Shown: one piece after another, positions 21,133 to 31,783 of the stretch
Position numbering within the stretch: the stretch's first letter is position 1
Layout: every line of letters starts with the position of its first letter
Source: Salisapilia sapeloensis CBS 127946
Taxonomy: Eukaryota; Protista; Oomycota
Length of the DNA: 51,191 nucleotides
Assembly (NCBI GenBank): GCA_023334545.1
Contig: JAADVB010000129.1
Span: 1-51,191, forward strand
Reading direction: 5' to 3'
Made by a program: the position numbers and the translations under genes
Notes under the pieces: model-generated
Databases searched by the model: none
What the model was told of the DNA's origin: nothing
The model's input: the letters and a program-made list of their open reading frames with translations, nothing else

Positions 21133-21670
21133 ATGGCTGACGAAATTACTGCTGCGCGTGAAAAGCTTGCTGCCAAGTTTGGCAACGTACGTTACCATTC
21201 GATCGATTCCTTGTACTCTGGTCCTACTCATGTCGATACGATAGGCCCGTACGGGTGGCAAGGGCAGTGTGCGCCGAAAGCACAAGACGACCCGCAAGTC
21301 TGGCGGCGGAGATGACAAGAAGCTCGGCGCGACGCTCAAGAAGCTCGGCGTGACGGCCATCCCGGGTGTCGAGGAGGTCAACCTCTTCAAGGCGGACGGC
21401 CAGGTGCTCCACTTCAACGCGCCTAAGGTCCAGGCGTCCATCGCGTCCAACACGTACGCTGTGTCTGGTGCTGCGCAGAACAAGTCGCTCCAGGAGCTCC
21501 TCCCGGGCATCATCAACCAGCTCGGCCCTGACAACTTGGCGAACTTGAAGCAGATCGCCGAGTCGTACACGGCTGCGCAGAAGAGCGCCCAGGCCGCTGC
21601 CGGTGACGACGACGATGACGACGTGCCGGACCTCGTGGACAACTTTGAGGACGTGAGCAAACAGGATTAA
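21133..21670 (+). CDS. BTF3: Nascent polypeptide-associated complex beta subunit (BTF3/EGD1)
   Basis: Exons 21133-21186 and 21245-21670. [48 protein letters not shown]. Confidence 0.97.
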
Positions 21671-21744
21671 GTCAGAAAGCACGAAACATGGCCCTGCCCA
21701 AGAGAAAATAGGAGGTTTGATCTTTTTTTCCGGTTGTCAAGCTC

Positions 21745-21752
21745 TACATGTA
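21745..21752. promoter_or_regulatory. TACATGTA palindromic intergenic motif
   Basis: Exact TACATGTA in the convergent BTF3/MRPL23 gap. The motif is known as abundant in Phytophthora intergenic DNA; its function here is unknown. Confidence 0.35.
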
Positions 21753-21767
21753 CTCGTCCTCGGTCGT

Positions 21768-22086
21768 CTATTCTCGGATCGTCACGACAGCTTTCTTAAA
21801 GTCCTTTTCCTTATAGACATTCCGTCCAAAGTAAGCACGTTTCCACTTGCCTAGTTACCTGTTAGCATTGTGTCTAGTGGATTAGTCGAGTGGATATACC
21901 TTCGTAGTTCATCGTATTGACTTTGGTCACGTTGAGGCCGTAGAGCTTGGTCAAGTACTCTTTCACGTCGTGCTTGGTGTAGTTGGGCTCGACGCGAAAG
22001 ACGTACTGGTTCGCCGGGGCACCCTTCCGCGGGTTCTTGCCCATGAACGTCACGGCCATGTTCGGAAACCGGAGCTTGTTCCACAT
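21768..22086 (-). CDS. MRPL23: Mitochondrial ribosomal protein uL23m
   Basis: Exons 22086-21900 and 21850-21768. YVFRVEPNYTKHDVKEYLTKLYGLNVTKVNTMNYEG|KWKR...KDFKKAVVT. Confidence 0.9.
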
Positions 22087-22256
22087 CGCTGTCTCTCGAT
22101 CGACTGCTCTTCCGTTCGCCTTTGCGCCACGAATGCCTCGCGACCTCTCTACAAGATACTTTTGATCGTGGCCACTCCTTTGCAGAGGGACGAAAGCCTC
22201 GAAAGCGATCTTGTAGAGAGGTTCAAGAGTACTCGTCCGACCTCCTGACGTGCTTA

Positions 22257-23230
22257 ATGATGGAAATGACGAGCAAGCTACTAGGCATCTTGCTGCTCTC
22301 TACGACGCTCTATGCGGTTGTTGAGGCACAGAAAGCTACAGAAGAGGCTGCGGCTGTGATTGCAGATGAGCTTGTGAAGGAGGGAAAGCAGGATCCGAGT
22401 CTCTTGTATGGTTTTATCTCGCCCTTGTGCTGGGACGCACTCGTCGTCCGACACCAGTTCACCAACGTCGAGTGCATCAAGCTCGTAGTTAGCAAGATGC
22501 TAGGCTATGCTATCATCGGAGGCAGTCTTATCCTCAAGCTGCCCCAGATCCTCAAGATCGTCGCGGCGAAAGACGTGACGGGGCTCACACCAGCTTCTTT
22601 CTACCTCGAAGTCGCTCTTTACTTGTGCTCTACACTTTATAATGTGCTACTAGGCTATCCTATTAGTACGTGGGGTGAGAATGTCATCATCTTGACCCAA
22701 AACATCATCCTAGTGCTCCTCTTGTGGGCGTATTGCAAGCCGTCGATCTCGTACGCAACTCGATTCGGCCTAACGATCGTCTTTGCCGGTGCTGGAGCAG
22801 CTATCTGGACTGCTCTGCCAGAAGAGTACTACTGGGTGCTCTTGGCAGCGACCATCCCCGTGTCTATCGTCGCTCGTATCCCTCAGGTATGTCCACAGAT
22901 ACATGCAAGTAGATTATAACAAGCTCAGAAACGATTACAGGTCATCTCCAACTTCCAACAAGGGCACACAGGTCAGCTAGCGATGATCACACTTGTGCTC
23001 AATCTAGGCGGATCTGTTGCTCGTCTCTTTACGACTCTACAGGTACTCTATCCTCCTACAATCGTCCCTGCGTCTACTAAGAAAGTGTCTAGGAAACGGG
23101 CGACACGGTGATGCTCATTGGCTTTGGCGTCGGCGCCTTCTTGAACGGCATGCTCGTGCTCCAGGTCCTCGTCTACTGGACGGCGACGAACAAGGCATTG
23201 GCGAGTGCTTCGATGAAGAAAACAGAGTAA
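22257..23230 (+). CDS. MPDU1: Mannose-P-dolichol utilization defect 1 (PQ-loop) protein, 3 exons
   Basis: ECIKLVVSKMLGYAIIGGSLILKLPQILKI, STWGE, ARIPQ|VISNFQQGHTGQLA...ARLFTTLQ|ETGD. Introns 22887-22940 and from 23043. Confidence 0.93.
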
Positions 23231-23262
23231 CTCGAGATGAAACAATACACTCTTCTACCACT

Positions 23263-24217
23263 TTACGTCGTCTTCCTCGGCTCTTCCTCCTCCGAGTCCG
23301 TATAGTGTTCTGGCGCTCGAGGTTCCGAGCCATCGAGTCTCCTCACTCGACCTTTGGTCGATGGTTTCTTCGGCTGCGACTGATTGAAAAGCGACGGGAA
23401 GTCACTCGAGTTCACGAAAGTTACAAGTTTCGGTCCGTCGATACGACTGTAGGTTCTTATGCTCTGGCCTTGCATCGGCTGTTTAGGCTGGATAGCCTCC
23501 TCCTTCCTCTCCTCCTCGAGCTGCTCTAGTCTAGACAAGGACTGCGTATTCTCGACTTCTGTCTGCACTGCTTCGGCCAGGAGTTCTGCCTGCGTGAGTC
23601 GCACTTCAGGTTTCGAAGGCGGCGGCTTCTTCTTGATGCGAGAAGCAGTCTCTTCCGACTGCCGACGACGATTCTCCTCTGCTCGAGTGGACTTGACGGC
23701 CGTCGAGTGGCGGAGGTTGGGCAGTTCGAACGATCCGCTCGGTTCATTCCGTTTCGCAGGTTTCTCCTCTGGTTGATCTAGACGACGCTTTCGAGTGACG
23801 GATGGGATCGATACGTCCTTCCTCTCCTTGGTTCTCTACGGTCGTAGCGATTGGCATGTGTATTCGATTGGCCTGGCGTTAGGGATAGTAAGTACCGTTC
23901 GTCGTCGCTGCGGTCGCTTTTCGTCTTCTTCACCGTCATGAACGTCTTCATCCGGTGCCTCTTCTTCGTCAAAGTCCGAATCGACGACGTCCTCTTCCTC
24001 TGTAGCATGGAAATGAGCAAAAGATGAATGAAAAAACGTCGTAAGCATCACCTTCTTCCGTCGAGTAGTCCTCATCGTCTCCGTCCTCTCGCCACACGTC
24101 TTGGCCCCAGAAGGCTTCATCTGCCTCGGCTGCTTCCCCAATGAGCTTGTTAATACGCGTACCTCGCGAACTACGCGCAGGTAGACGCTTCGAAGGTCCT
24201 TCGCTTCGGGAGCTCAT
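23263..24217 (-). CDS. VPS72: Vps72/YL1 H2A.Z chaperone of the SWR1 complex, 3 exons
   Basis: RSSRGTRINKLI...EAFWGQ...DEDY...DVVDSDFD and RLTQAELLAEAVQTEVENTQSL match the YL1 N-terminal domain. Confidence 0.85.
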
Positions 24218-24367
24218 GGTAGATTGTATGTCATCTAGGAACATCACTCTGCTCGATAACGTAATCAAATGGTTAAATGACGGCATACAAATTTTAAATC
24301 GACAGCTTTCTTCAGAAACTTCGGAGCTCGTCATTTGGTCATTTAGCAACGTACCAACTACTTAAAG

Positions 24368-25891
24368 ATGCTGCGTCGATCAATCCAACGAACGTCTCCG
24401 TTTTTCCAATTGCGCCATGGACCTCGAGCCATGAGTAGTGGCAGTGGTGTGCAAGAACGTCCGGACATTACGCCAGACTCGATTGCTGAAGACCATGCTG
24501 AGAACTATAAACTTGCTATCGTCGGCACTGGATGGGCCGGGTATCACTTGTTCAATCAGTGCCAAAAGTACCGAGCGGATATTGAAAGTCAAGTCGGCAA
24601 ACCAGTCGACGTCGTCGTCGTGTCTCGACGCAACGTACGGAGTTATATGATATATAAGATGCTTATGATCACTTATGTTTGTTTATCTTGATAGCACTTC
24701 TTGTACACGCCTTTGCTGGCAAGTACGACTGTCGGGACGCTCGAGTTCCGATCCATCATTGAACCATTGCGAGAGCGTTTCTTCCGACATGAAGACGACT
24801 TTCACCACTCGAGCGTCCGTGCCATTGACCCGGACAACAAGAAGCTCCAATTGACGAGCGAGATCGGCAAGCGCGACTACGAACTACCTTATGATACACT
24901 CATTCTCTCTCACGGGTCTCATCCACAGACGTTTGGCATCAAAGGTGTCCAGGAGCATGCCTACTTTCTAAAGGAAGTGGCGCATGCCAGAGCCATTCGC
25001 GACCAAATCCTTGCGAATGTCGAACAAGCGACGGATGTTGGCTTGAGTACGGAGGAAAAGAAGAGGCTGTTGCACTTCGTGGTGGTCGGTGGAGGGCCCA
25101 CTGGCGTCGAGTTCTGTGCCGAGCTATATGATTTCTTGGAACAAGACCTCACACGCATGTATCCGAAGGCATCCAAGCACTTGGCCGTGACGCTTCTGGA
25201 CGCTGGCGACATTCTAACTGGATTCGATAGTGAGCTACGGAACTTTGCCATGCGCAAGCTCCAGTCTCGACCGAACACACGCATCGTGAAGAAGAACTGC
25301 GTCGCGGTAACAGAGGACGGAGTTACGCTAGAAGGTGGAGAGGTACTGTCGTCTGGTATGGTCGTCTGGACGGCTGGTGTCGGTCCGAACGACCTGACGC
25401 GAGCCATCGACAACTTGGGTAAGAGCAAGCGTGGAAACATTCTTACGAACGAGTTCTGCCAAGTGCTGGAGGCGCCGGAAGTCGAGAAGGAGGCTCCATA
25501 CGGTCTCCCGCTGCGCTCCAACATCTTCGCCATCGGAGACTGCGCTGAGATTGACGGCGCTCCCCTGCCAGCCACGGCTCAGAAGGCTGAGGGACAGGCA
25601 GAGTACCTGCTGAAGATGTTCCGAGGTAAGACACAAGTACCTCCTCCAGCGTATGCTTTCCACAACAAGGGTATGATGGCGTACGTGGGTGGTTTCCAAG
25701 GCTTGTTTGAAGGTCATGTACGTGAACACAAGAACGAGGAGGACGACAAGGTCTCCATGAAGGGATTCGTCGCGTGGCTCATCTGGCGATCTGCTTACTT
25801 GACCAAGTTGGGAAATTGGCGATTGCGGATGCAAGTGCCGGTCGACTGGCTCAAGTCCTTGCTGATCGGACGAGACTCTAGTCGATTCTAA
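24368..25891 (+). CDS. NDH2: Type II (alternative) NADH:ubiquinone oxidoreductase, mitochondrial
   Basis: Intron 24635-24694. GTGWAG, RRN|HFLYTPLLASTTVGTLEFRSIIEP, VVGGGPTGVEFCAEL, IFAIGDCA, C-terminal WLKSLLIGRDSSRF. No EF-hand insert seen. Confidence 0.95.
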
Positions 25892-26790
25892 TCTCTCGTC
25901 TGTAGCTGCCATAAAAGATAGAGCGCAGATGCCTTCTTCGTATACGAGTTTATGAACAAGAGGTGGATGGAACTAAGATAGACAAATGGCATTTTGAACC
26001 TATACTTTGGTTATATCACGTCTTTAAACTAGAATAGTAGTGATCATTGTGTGACTACCGAGTATTGATATAAGCGTCCAACTTTTATATGTCACTTGCC
26101 CGAACAGGCTGCAGACCTTGACGGACGAGTAACTTGATACAGATAGCTATTCGAAATGGAACTTCCAAAGTAAGAAATTTATGAGCTTTTAGACACTCCA
26201 GATATCGATAGGCCTGGATATATCCGGTTATGCAGCACGCCACATTTTTCTGGGGTATCCTTGCTAGGTCAGTTCAGTCGCGCTACGCTAGTTCGACGAC
26301 TTTCCGCTTTCCTCTAAGGCATGCAAGCTATCACGTAGATAGTATGGAATTTTTCACATTGGGACAAAAGGGCTCTGGCGTGCTATTAAAACATTGAAGG
26401 CGAAAAGTTGTGGAAGTGGGCTACATTTAATGTCCTGCACATCCCATCGAAATGGAACGCACGCAATACATATTCTTCATCGAAAATGACAAATGGTCGA
26501 GTCTAGAGTATCATTGCATCTGTATGTCCTTTAAAACAAATACCAAAGTTGAAGTTTTTGGGTGTTGGGGGCTACGTTTGTAATGCTAGAAGGTAGATCT
26601 TCGCAGTTTTAATATGCTGCTTTGTACATTGCAACAAGGGATATGGCACTTGGTCATTTGACCCCTTTTCCATTGTACATTCCAGTACACTACTCTACAA
26701 AACGCAAAATCATATCACTTCGCCAAAATTGACATGGCAATCCGCGTGCTCTTCCTCTTAGGACTAGGGGTTTGGGTTATTTAAGCTCGT

Positions 26791-26799
26791 TGATTGGCT
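26791..26799 (-). promoter_or_regulatory. CCAAT box upstream of the bZIP-like gene
   Basis: TGATTGGCT (reverse AGCCAATCA), about 130 nt upstream of the INR-like element. Confidence 0.45.
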
Positions 26800-26919
26800 A
26801 AAACCAAGGCTCGACCAAACTCGACAGCCAGACTTGGGCTGTAGACACGTTCTATATTTTTTGCCCAGACTATACCCAGTCCTTGCGATAGCGAAGGCGG
26901 GTCGGCCATTTTCTTTCCA

Positions 26920-26937
26920 GCTCATTTCCCAACTTGC
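26920..26937 (+). promoter_or_regulatory. Oomycete INR+FPR core promoter element
   Basis: GCTCATTTCCCAACTTGC closely matches the oomycete GCTCATTYYNCAWTTT element, about 80 nt before ATG 27015. Confidence 0.6.
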
Positions 26938-27014
26938 TTTGCTACCACCATTTCAAGATGTCAATTTCATATTCGGCTGCTTCATGCACATATCCAGCAC
27001 TGATCATTGACCCG

Positions 27015-27959
27015 ATGTCTTCGCTCAACAATTTCAATATCGAGTCCTTCTTTGACGAGTTACCGGAACTCCTCAATCTGGAGATTACTGCTCCTAGGTA
27101 TCGTCTCTAGTATTGTAATTTCCACTATCTTAAACTTTTAATAGCTAATGTCATCGGTATAGCGTGTATCCTACCAGCATGTACGCAACGGATCATGCGC
27201 CTATTAAGATGGATCCATTGTCAACTATCACCGATCCCTACGCAACTCAGCAGCAACCACCAAGTCCCAGCGACAGATACACTTCGTCCTCTTCATCCTT
27301 CCTCGAGCCGATATCCATGCCACATTTTAATCCATTTTGCCATCTGGATTCCACTGCCATTGAAAGCTCATACACCGCGTGCGCTCATGGCAATGTGGAA
27401 ACTACGCCAACATCCACTGTGAACCATCACTTGACAAGCACACTTCCTCCTTCTTGTCAAGACTCACCAGCACAAGCAAAGCCCAAGCAAGAATCAGAAA
27501 AGGAGCGCCTGAGAACGCGTCAGCGTGGGTATGAAAGAGCTTACCGTAAACGCAAGCGAGTAAGTAAAGTATACGACGTACGCTTGTTCTTATAACAGGT
27601 CTAACTGCGTGTATCTGTAGGAGAGTTTCAAGAAACAGCGTAGAAATTGGATCGAGCTAGAGACGAAACTGCGCAAGATCCAAGCAAGCAACAATCGCTC
27701 AGTTACCGTACCATCTAAAGTCGAGCCGACTTCCTTCCAGAGCAAGGTCGAGAAGCTAAAGATGGAAGCGAAGGCACTGACAATGGACGTCATCTACCTG
27801 CGCTCCGTGAAAGCTTGGAGCGAAGCTGCAAAACTACGGAATTACCGCAAATCTTCAGAGCTGATGAATGTAGCCTTGTCGGCTGTTGCTTCGGGTGGTA
27901 TGGCTGATGAGCAACCGCCCCATCCGATCTCGACGGCAAGGTTCGAGTTTTCTTGGTAG
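27015..27959 (+). CDS. Atypical bZIP-like transcription factor, 3 exons
   Basis: Exons 27015-27097, 27163-27559, 27621-27959. S/T/P-rich N-terminal half, basic region EKERLRTRQRGYERAYRKRKR followed by heptad-like WIELETKLRKIQ. Confidence 0.6.
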
Positions 27960-29244
27960 GGGGTTATTCCAAGTATTCACGTTGGGAAGAAACTGCTCGG
28001 AAGAAATAACCTAGTGTTTTCAGAGCACATCGACTTGGGCACAAGTACTTTGCTTTTCATTTTCTACCAAACCGCTAGTATATTCAAGAAGGTTGCGTGC
28101 ATGTAAGATCTCTTGTCGATCTAAAGAGTAAATATAACAAATAAGCTTTTGTCAAGCTATATGACTTGCCTTCTTTCGTCTCATTCTATTTTTATGATGT
28201 CTACTTGTGAGTGTCCTATCGATAGTATGTCAACACGGAAACACAAGATGCTCAAAATGGTATCTCCGAATACTCTTTAGTTGTGGTATTGCGTTCTGTT
28301 CTTAGAAGCTGCACGGAGGCTCACAATCATACATAAGCATAAGGAATTCGTAGAACACGAAAAAGGTTCATAAGCCTACAAAATATAATGTGAGTGGGTT
28401 TCCTATGCCTCTATACGTTCGAAAGAGATAGTTGCAAATGGACGAAAAAGTAGCTGTACAAGAAGTTCAAGCTCGCCAATGACATCGATCCAATACACAA
28501 GCAATTTTGGAAGCTACTCTCATGGCTCATACAAAGAGCCTAATTTGATCTTAGACTTCATGCTTTGAGTGTTTCGAAGCTCTTAGCGACACTGTACGTT
28601 CGGAAATCAAGCCCGGCTAGCACAGATTCCAGACCTGGACTGCACGGAGTTTTCATGGAAATCTAGTGTTGGAACCTTAAATTGCTGGTTGAGCGTATCG
28701 TATGTATTGTTAGGCTTGCTGGGATCTTTCGACTCGTCTAAACTCAATGCGTCTAGCGTGCGCTGGACAGTGGGGTCAAGTTACCATATAGAACCAAGTT
28801 TCCAAAGCGAGATCACTGTACATTGTGCACATCTACGAAATCTTTAGTGTCTCGAGATAAGACGGAGATCAAAGTTTTCATCAACATTGCTAAGACAATA
28901 GCCTTTCTTCGACTGACAATTGCTCTTCATCTTTGCTTCGATGTGGAGTGGTCGCCGACTCCAAATCTAGCGTTGCTTTCCGAACTTTGACTCTATCATA
29001 TGCTTCTATACGACATTTCTCCTCCGTACGAAAAAAAGATAACACCAGATAGAAAGTGTTGCTCATTGGCAATGGTATCCTTATCAAATAACACAACGGT
29101 CTACTTCCAACCCGTTCGGATTGAATAGGTCGATCGGGTCGAGTACTCGTCACTCTGATTCGCTAATAATAACTCCTAGCTTTCTGATTGGTCTTAAACG
29201 GATGGCATCGACACGAACAAATCAAAGCAAACGAAGAGATCATC

Positions 29245-29571
29245 ATGGGGCTCTTGGATGGCGTTCTCGTCGGTCTAGCTCGAAGCAGCAAGTTTGGCAA
29301 ACCGCACTCGATGCGTCCACTAACATCCAAGCGTGCCAACCGTCGGTTCTACAAAGGTAAGGGTGCACGGACGGAAGGTCGTCACGCCAAGCGCGGCCGG
29401 TACGTCGTCGACCCGGAAAAGCAGCTCGAGCTCCAAGTGCCGGACCTCACTGGTTTCAAGGTATCTCTCTAATGTCTTACGAGTACTGGGCAATTTCTAA
29501 CATGTATGCACTCGTAGCTCAAGGCGTACGTGTCTCCTTTGGCGCCGAACCGCCCTCCGTCCTCCAACTAG
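29245..29571 (+). CDS. MRPL41: Mitochondrial ribosomal protein mL41
   Basis: Intron 29461-29517. PLTSKRANRRFYKGKGARTEG...YVVDPEK...VPDLTGFK|LKAYVS. Confidence 0.93.
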
Positions 29572-29659
29572 AGCAGTAGGAAGACCAGCGGACATGGATC
29601 TGAAGACGTACAATCGATCGAGAACGAAATAATACAGTGTTGGTTTCCCTACAAGCTTC

Positions 29660-31537
29660 CTACATCACGACGCAGCAGCCTCCTTTCTGAGTCTTGCGCA
29701 GGTTGTCACATTCGTCCTGCAGTCTCGCCATCTCCGTCTCCTGCTGCTGCTTCTCCCGTAGCACTCGCTCATAGTCTTTCTTCAGCTCTCCACTCTCGCC
29801 ATCTCCAACCCTAGAAGCCCGTTCCGACTGTCGATCCATCTCTTCATGCGGCTTCAAGCTACTTCGTTCCTTGAGCTGCTCCTCCAGCTCTGAAATACGC
29901 TCCTTCTGTGCCTCAGCCTCGGCTTCGTACTTGGCCTTATCGTTCATGGCTTGCGAAGACGTCTGCTGGAGCTGTTCCAGCTGCTCCTTGTAGATTTGTT
30001 CTCTCCCTCCGACGCTCCCGAGCTCTTCCTGGACCTTGGCAACATCCTGCTGGAGTGTCCGCATCTGCTTCTCATACCCTTCCTCTTGCTTGCTTAGAAG
30101 TACGCGCATGGCTTCTGCGTACTTGGCTTCGGAGAAGCGGAGGAGAGACTCGAGCTTGGCACTTCCTTTCGCTTGTTCCAAGTATGCGTCTCGGAACCTC
30201 GACCATTCGTTCGTGAACTGCTGCATGTCGCTAAAGCCGTCATCTCCAGACGTGAGCATAGGCTGTATCATGTCGTTATAAAGCGTCTGGAGCAGACGAT
30301 CACACATGTCTTTACTCTCGGCAGCGTTCCGACTGTATACGGATGCTTGTATCTCATCTACTTGACTCGCTAACTCCTTTTCTAGTTTACTAGCACTATC
30401 TCCCATCGCCATGTCTCGGAATTGTTCTAGAGCAGAGGCATGGAGTGTCTTGAGTTCGGACTGGAGCTCGTCGTCGTCGAGAGGAAGGTCGAGGTTGTCG
30501 CATGCAGTCTTGAAAGTCTCTGACGCTGTGTGGAGGGCTTTGCGACTCTCTCCAGCTGTCACACCGTCCCATGCAGATGTGATGACAGGGACACCGCCGC
30601 TGTTGATCGCATCGACGTAGGCACGTAAGAGACCTGCAAACATACTTCCGTTGAGAGGTCGGTTCTGGAGTGTCTTGGGCTTTAGGAACTCGTTAAAGAC
30701 TTTGGATTGGAGAGACGAAAGCTGTTCTTGGAACTCTGGACGGAGGTCGTCGATGTTGAGTTGATCCACTTGCTGCAAAGCGCCTTCGTCATGCACCGGT
30801 CGGACCATCGTGACGCAATCTCGTTCTCGGAAAAAGTCCTTGAGCATCGATCGAATGCGATTGCGTTCCATGTTGGCTGGGATACGTGGTTGTTCTGCTA
30901 GAGCGTTCTCCAAGTAGTCTTTGCTTGTGATCGGATCGCCGTCTTCATCGACGAGTTCGAGCGTAAAGTCTCGTACGATCCAGAGGAAGGACGGGAAGAA
31001 CTGGTGAAACTGCATTACTTCTTCATCCTTGGCACCAGTGTCTTCCGCCTGTCCACTGATCTTGATGTGCTTGGCCAAGTTCGCGATGAACGAGAGACCG
31101 TTGATCGCTTTCTCATCGACGCTGCCTTGGCTGTTGTAGACTAGCGTCGAGCACAGGAGGAGTGCGAGGGAGAAGATGCGGGCGTCGTACTGCTGAGAGG
31201 CTTCGAGACCGCCGAGACCTTCTGTGTCGAGCACGAGGACGTTGACCTCTTCCTCAGAGCTTGGTAACTTGCGCTTCACGGGCTGTCCCCAGAGCCAAAT
31301 GCCTCGCGTGCATCGCTCGACCGTCGGTCCGACGCGAAAGCCACTCGGTCGACCGAGCAGCCAGTTCAGCATGGATGACTTACCTGTACGGTAGAGCCCA
31401 GCCATGGCGATGACGGCCACTGGACCGTCGAGCTGCTGTAGCAATCGCACGGCGTCATCATTGACCTGTAGTTGGTCCTCAGCTTCACTAAAGGTGATGA
31501 GGGCTACAGGTTCTTCTGAAAAGGCTGTTGAGGTCAT
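29660..31537 (-). CDS. GBP: Guanylate-binding protein (GBP) large GTPase with coiled-coil tail and CaaX box
   Basis: GLYRTGKS P-loop, TVERCTRGIWLW, LDTEGLG, FPSFLWIVRDF, helical C-terminal domain, ends KGGCCVVM. Confidence 0.93.
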   Translation of the reverse strand: MTSTAFSEEPVALITFSEAEDQLQVNDDAVRLLQQLDGPVAVIAMAGLYRTGKSSMLNWLLGRPSGFRVGPTVERCTRGIWLWGQPVKRKLPSSEEEVNVLVLDTEGLGGLEASQQYDARIFSLALLLCSTLVYNSQGSVDEKAINGLSFIANLAKHIKISGQAEDTGAKDEEVMQFHQFFPSFLWIVRDFTLELVDEDGDPITSKDYLENALAEQPRIPANMERNRIRSMLKDFFRERDCVTMVRPVHDEGALQQVDQLNIDDLRPEFQEQLSSLQSKVFNEFLKPKTLQNRPLNGSMFAGLLRAYVDAINSGGVPVITSAWDGVTAGESRKALHTASETFKTACDNLDLPLDDDELQSELKTLHASALEQFRDMAMGDSASKLEKELASQVDEIQASVYSRNAAESKDMCDRLLQTLYNDMIQPMLTSGDDGFSDMQQFTNEWSRFRDAYLEQAKGSAKLESLLRFSEAKYAEAMRVLLSKQEEGYEKQMRTLQQDVAKVQEELGSVGGREQIYKEQLEQLQQTSSQAMNDKAKYEAEAEAQKERISELEEQLKERSSLKPHEEMDRQSERASRVGDGESGELKKDYERVLREKQQQETEMARLQDECDNLRKTQKGGCCVVM

Positions 31538-31783
31538 GGTGAACGTAGGAGCGAGTGAGCGAGTGGAGATATGGAGGAGGAAGGCGTCGGTCCTCCTGGC
31601 TGCGTCAGTCTGGTTTTGGATATGCACGTGGGTGCATTTTCAATACAAGAGCGTCTGGATTAAAGTATGCAAGTGGCTTCTTCAATGCAATACAAGAGTC
31701 GAGAGACTGTAATTTATCTATTTTTATATGATTACGATAAAGTATGCTGGTTCTAGCGCGAAATACAAGACCAAGTCGAAGTT

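Noticed and set aside
21686-21702. CATGGCCCTGCCCAAG resembling part of U6 snRNA
   Set aside because: No ACAGAGA box or other U6 segments nearby; lies in the BTF3 3' UTR.
26755-26785. TTAGGACTAGGGGTTTGGGTT as a telomere-like repeat
   Set aside because: No tandem TTTAGGG units; a short G-rich promoter patch only.
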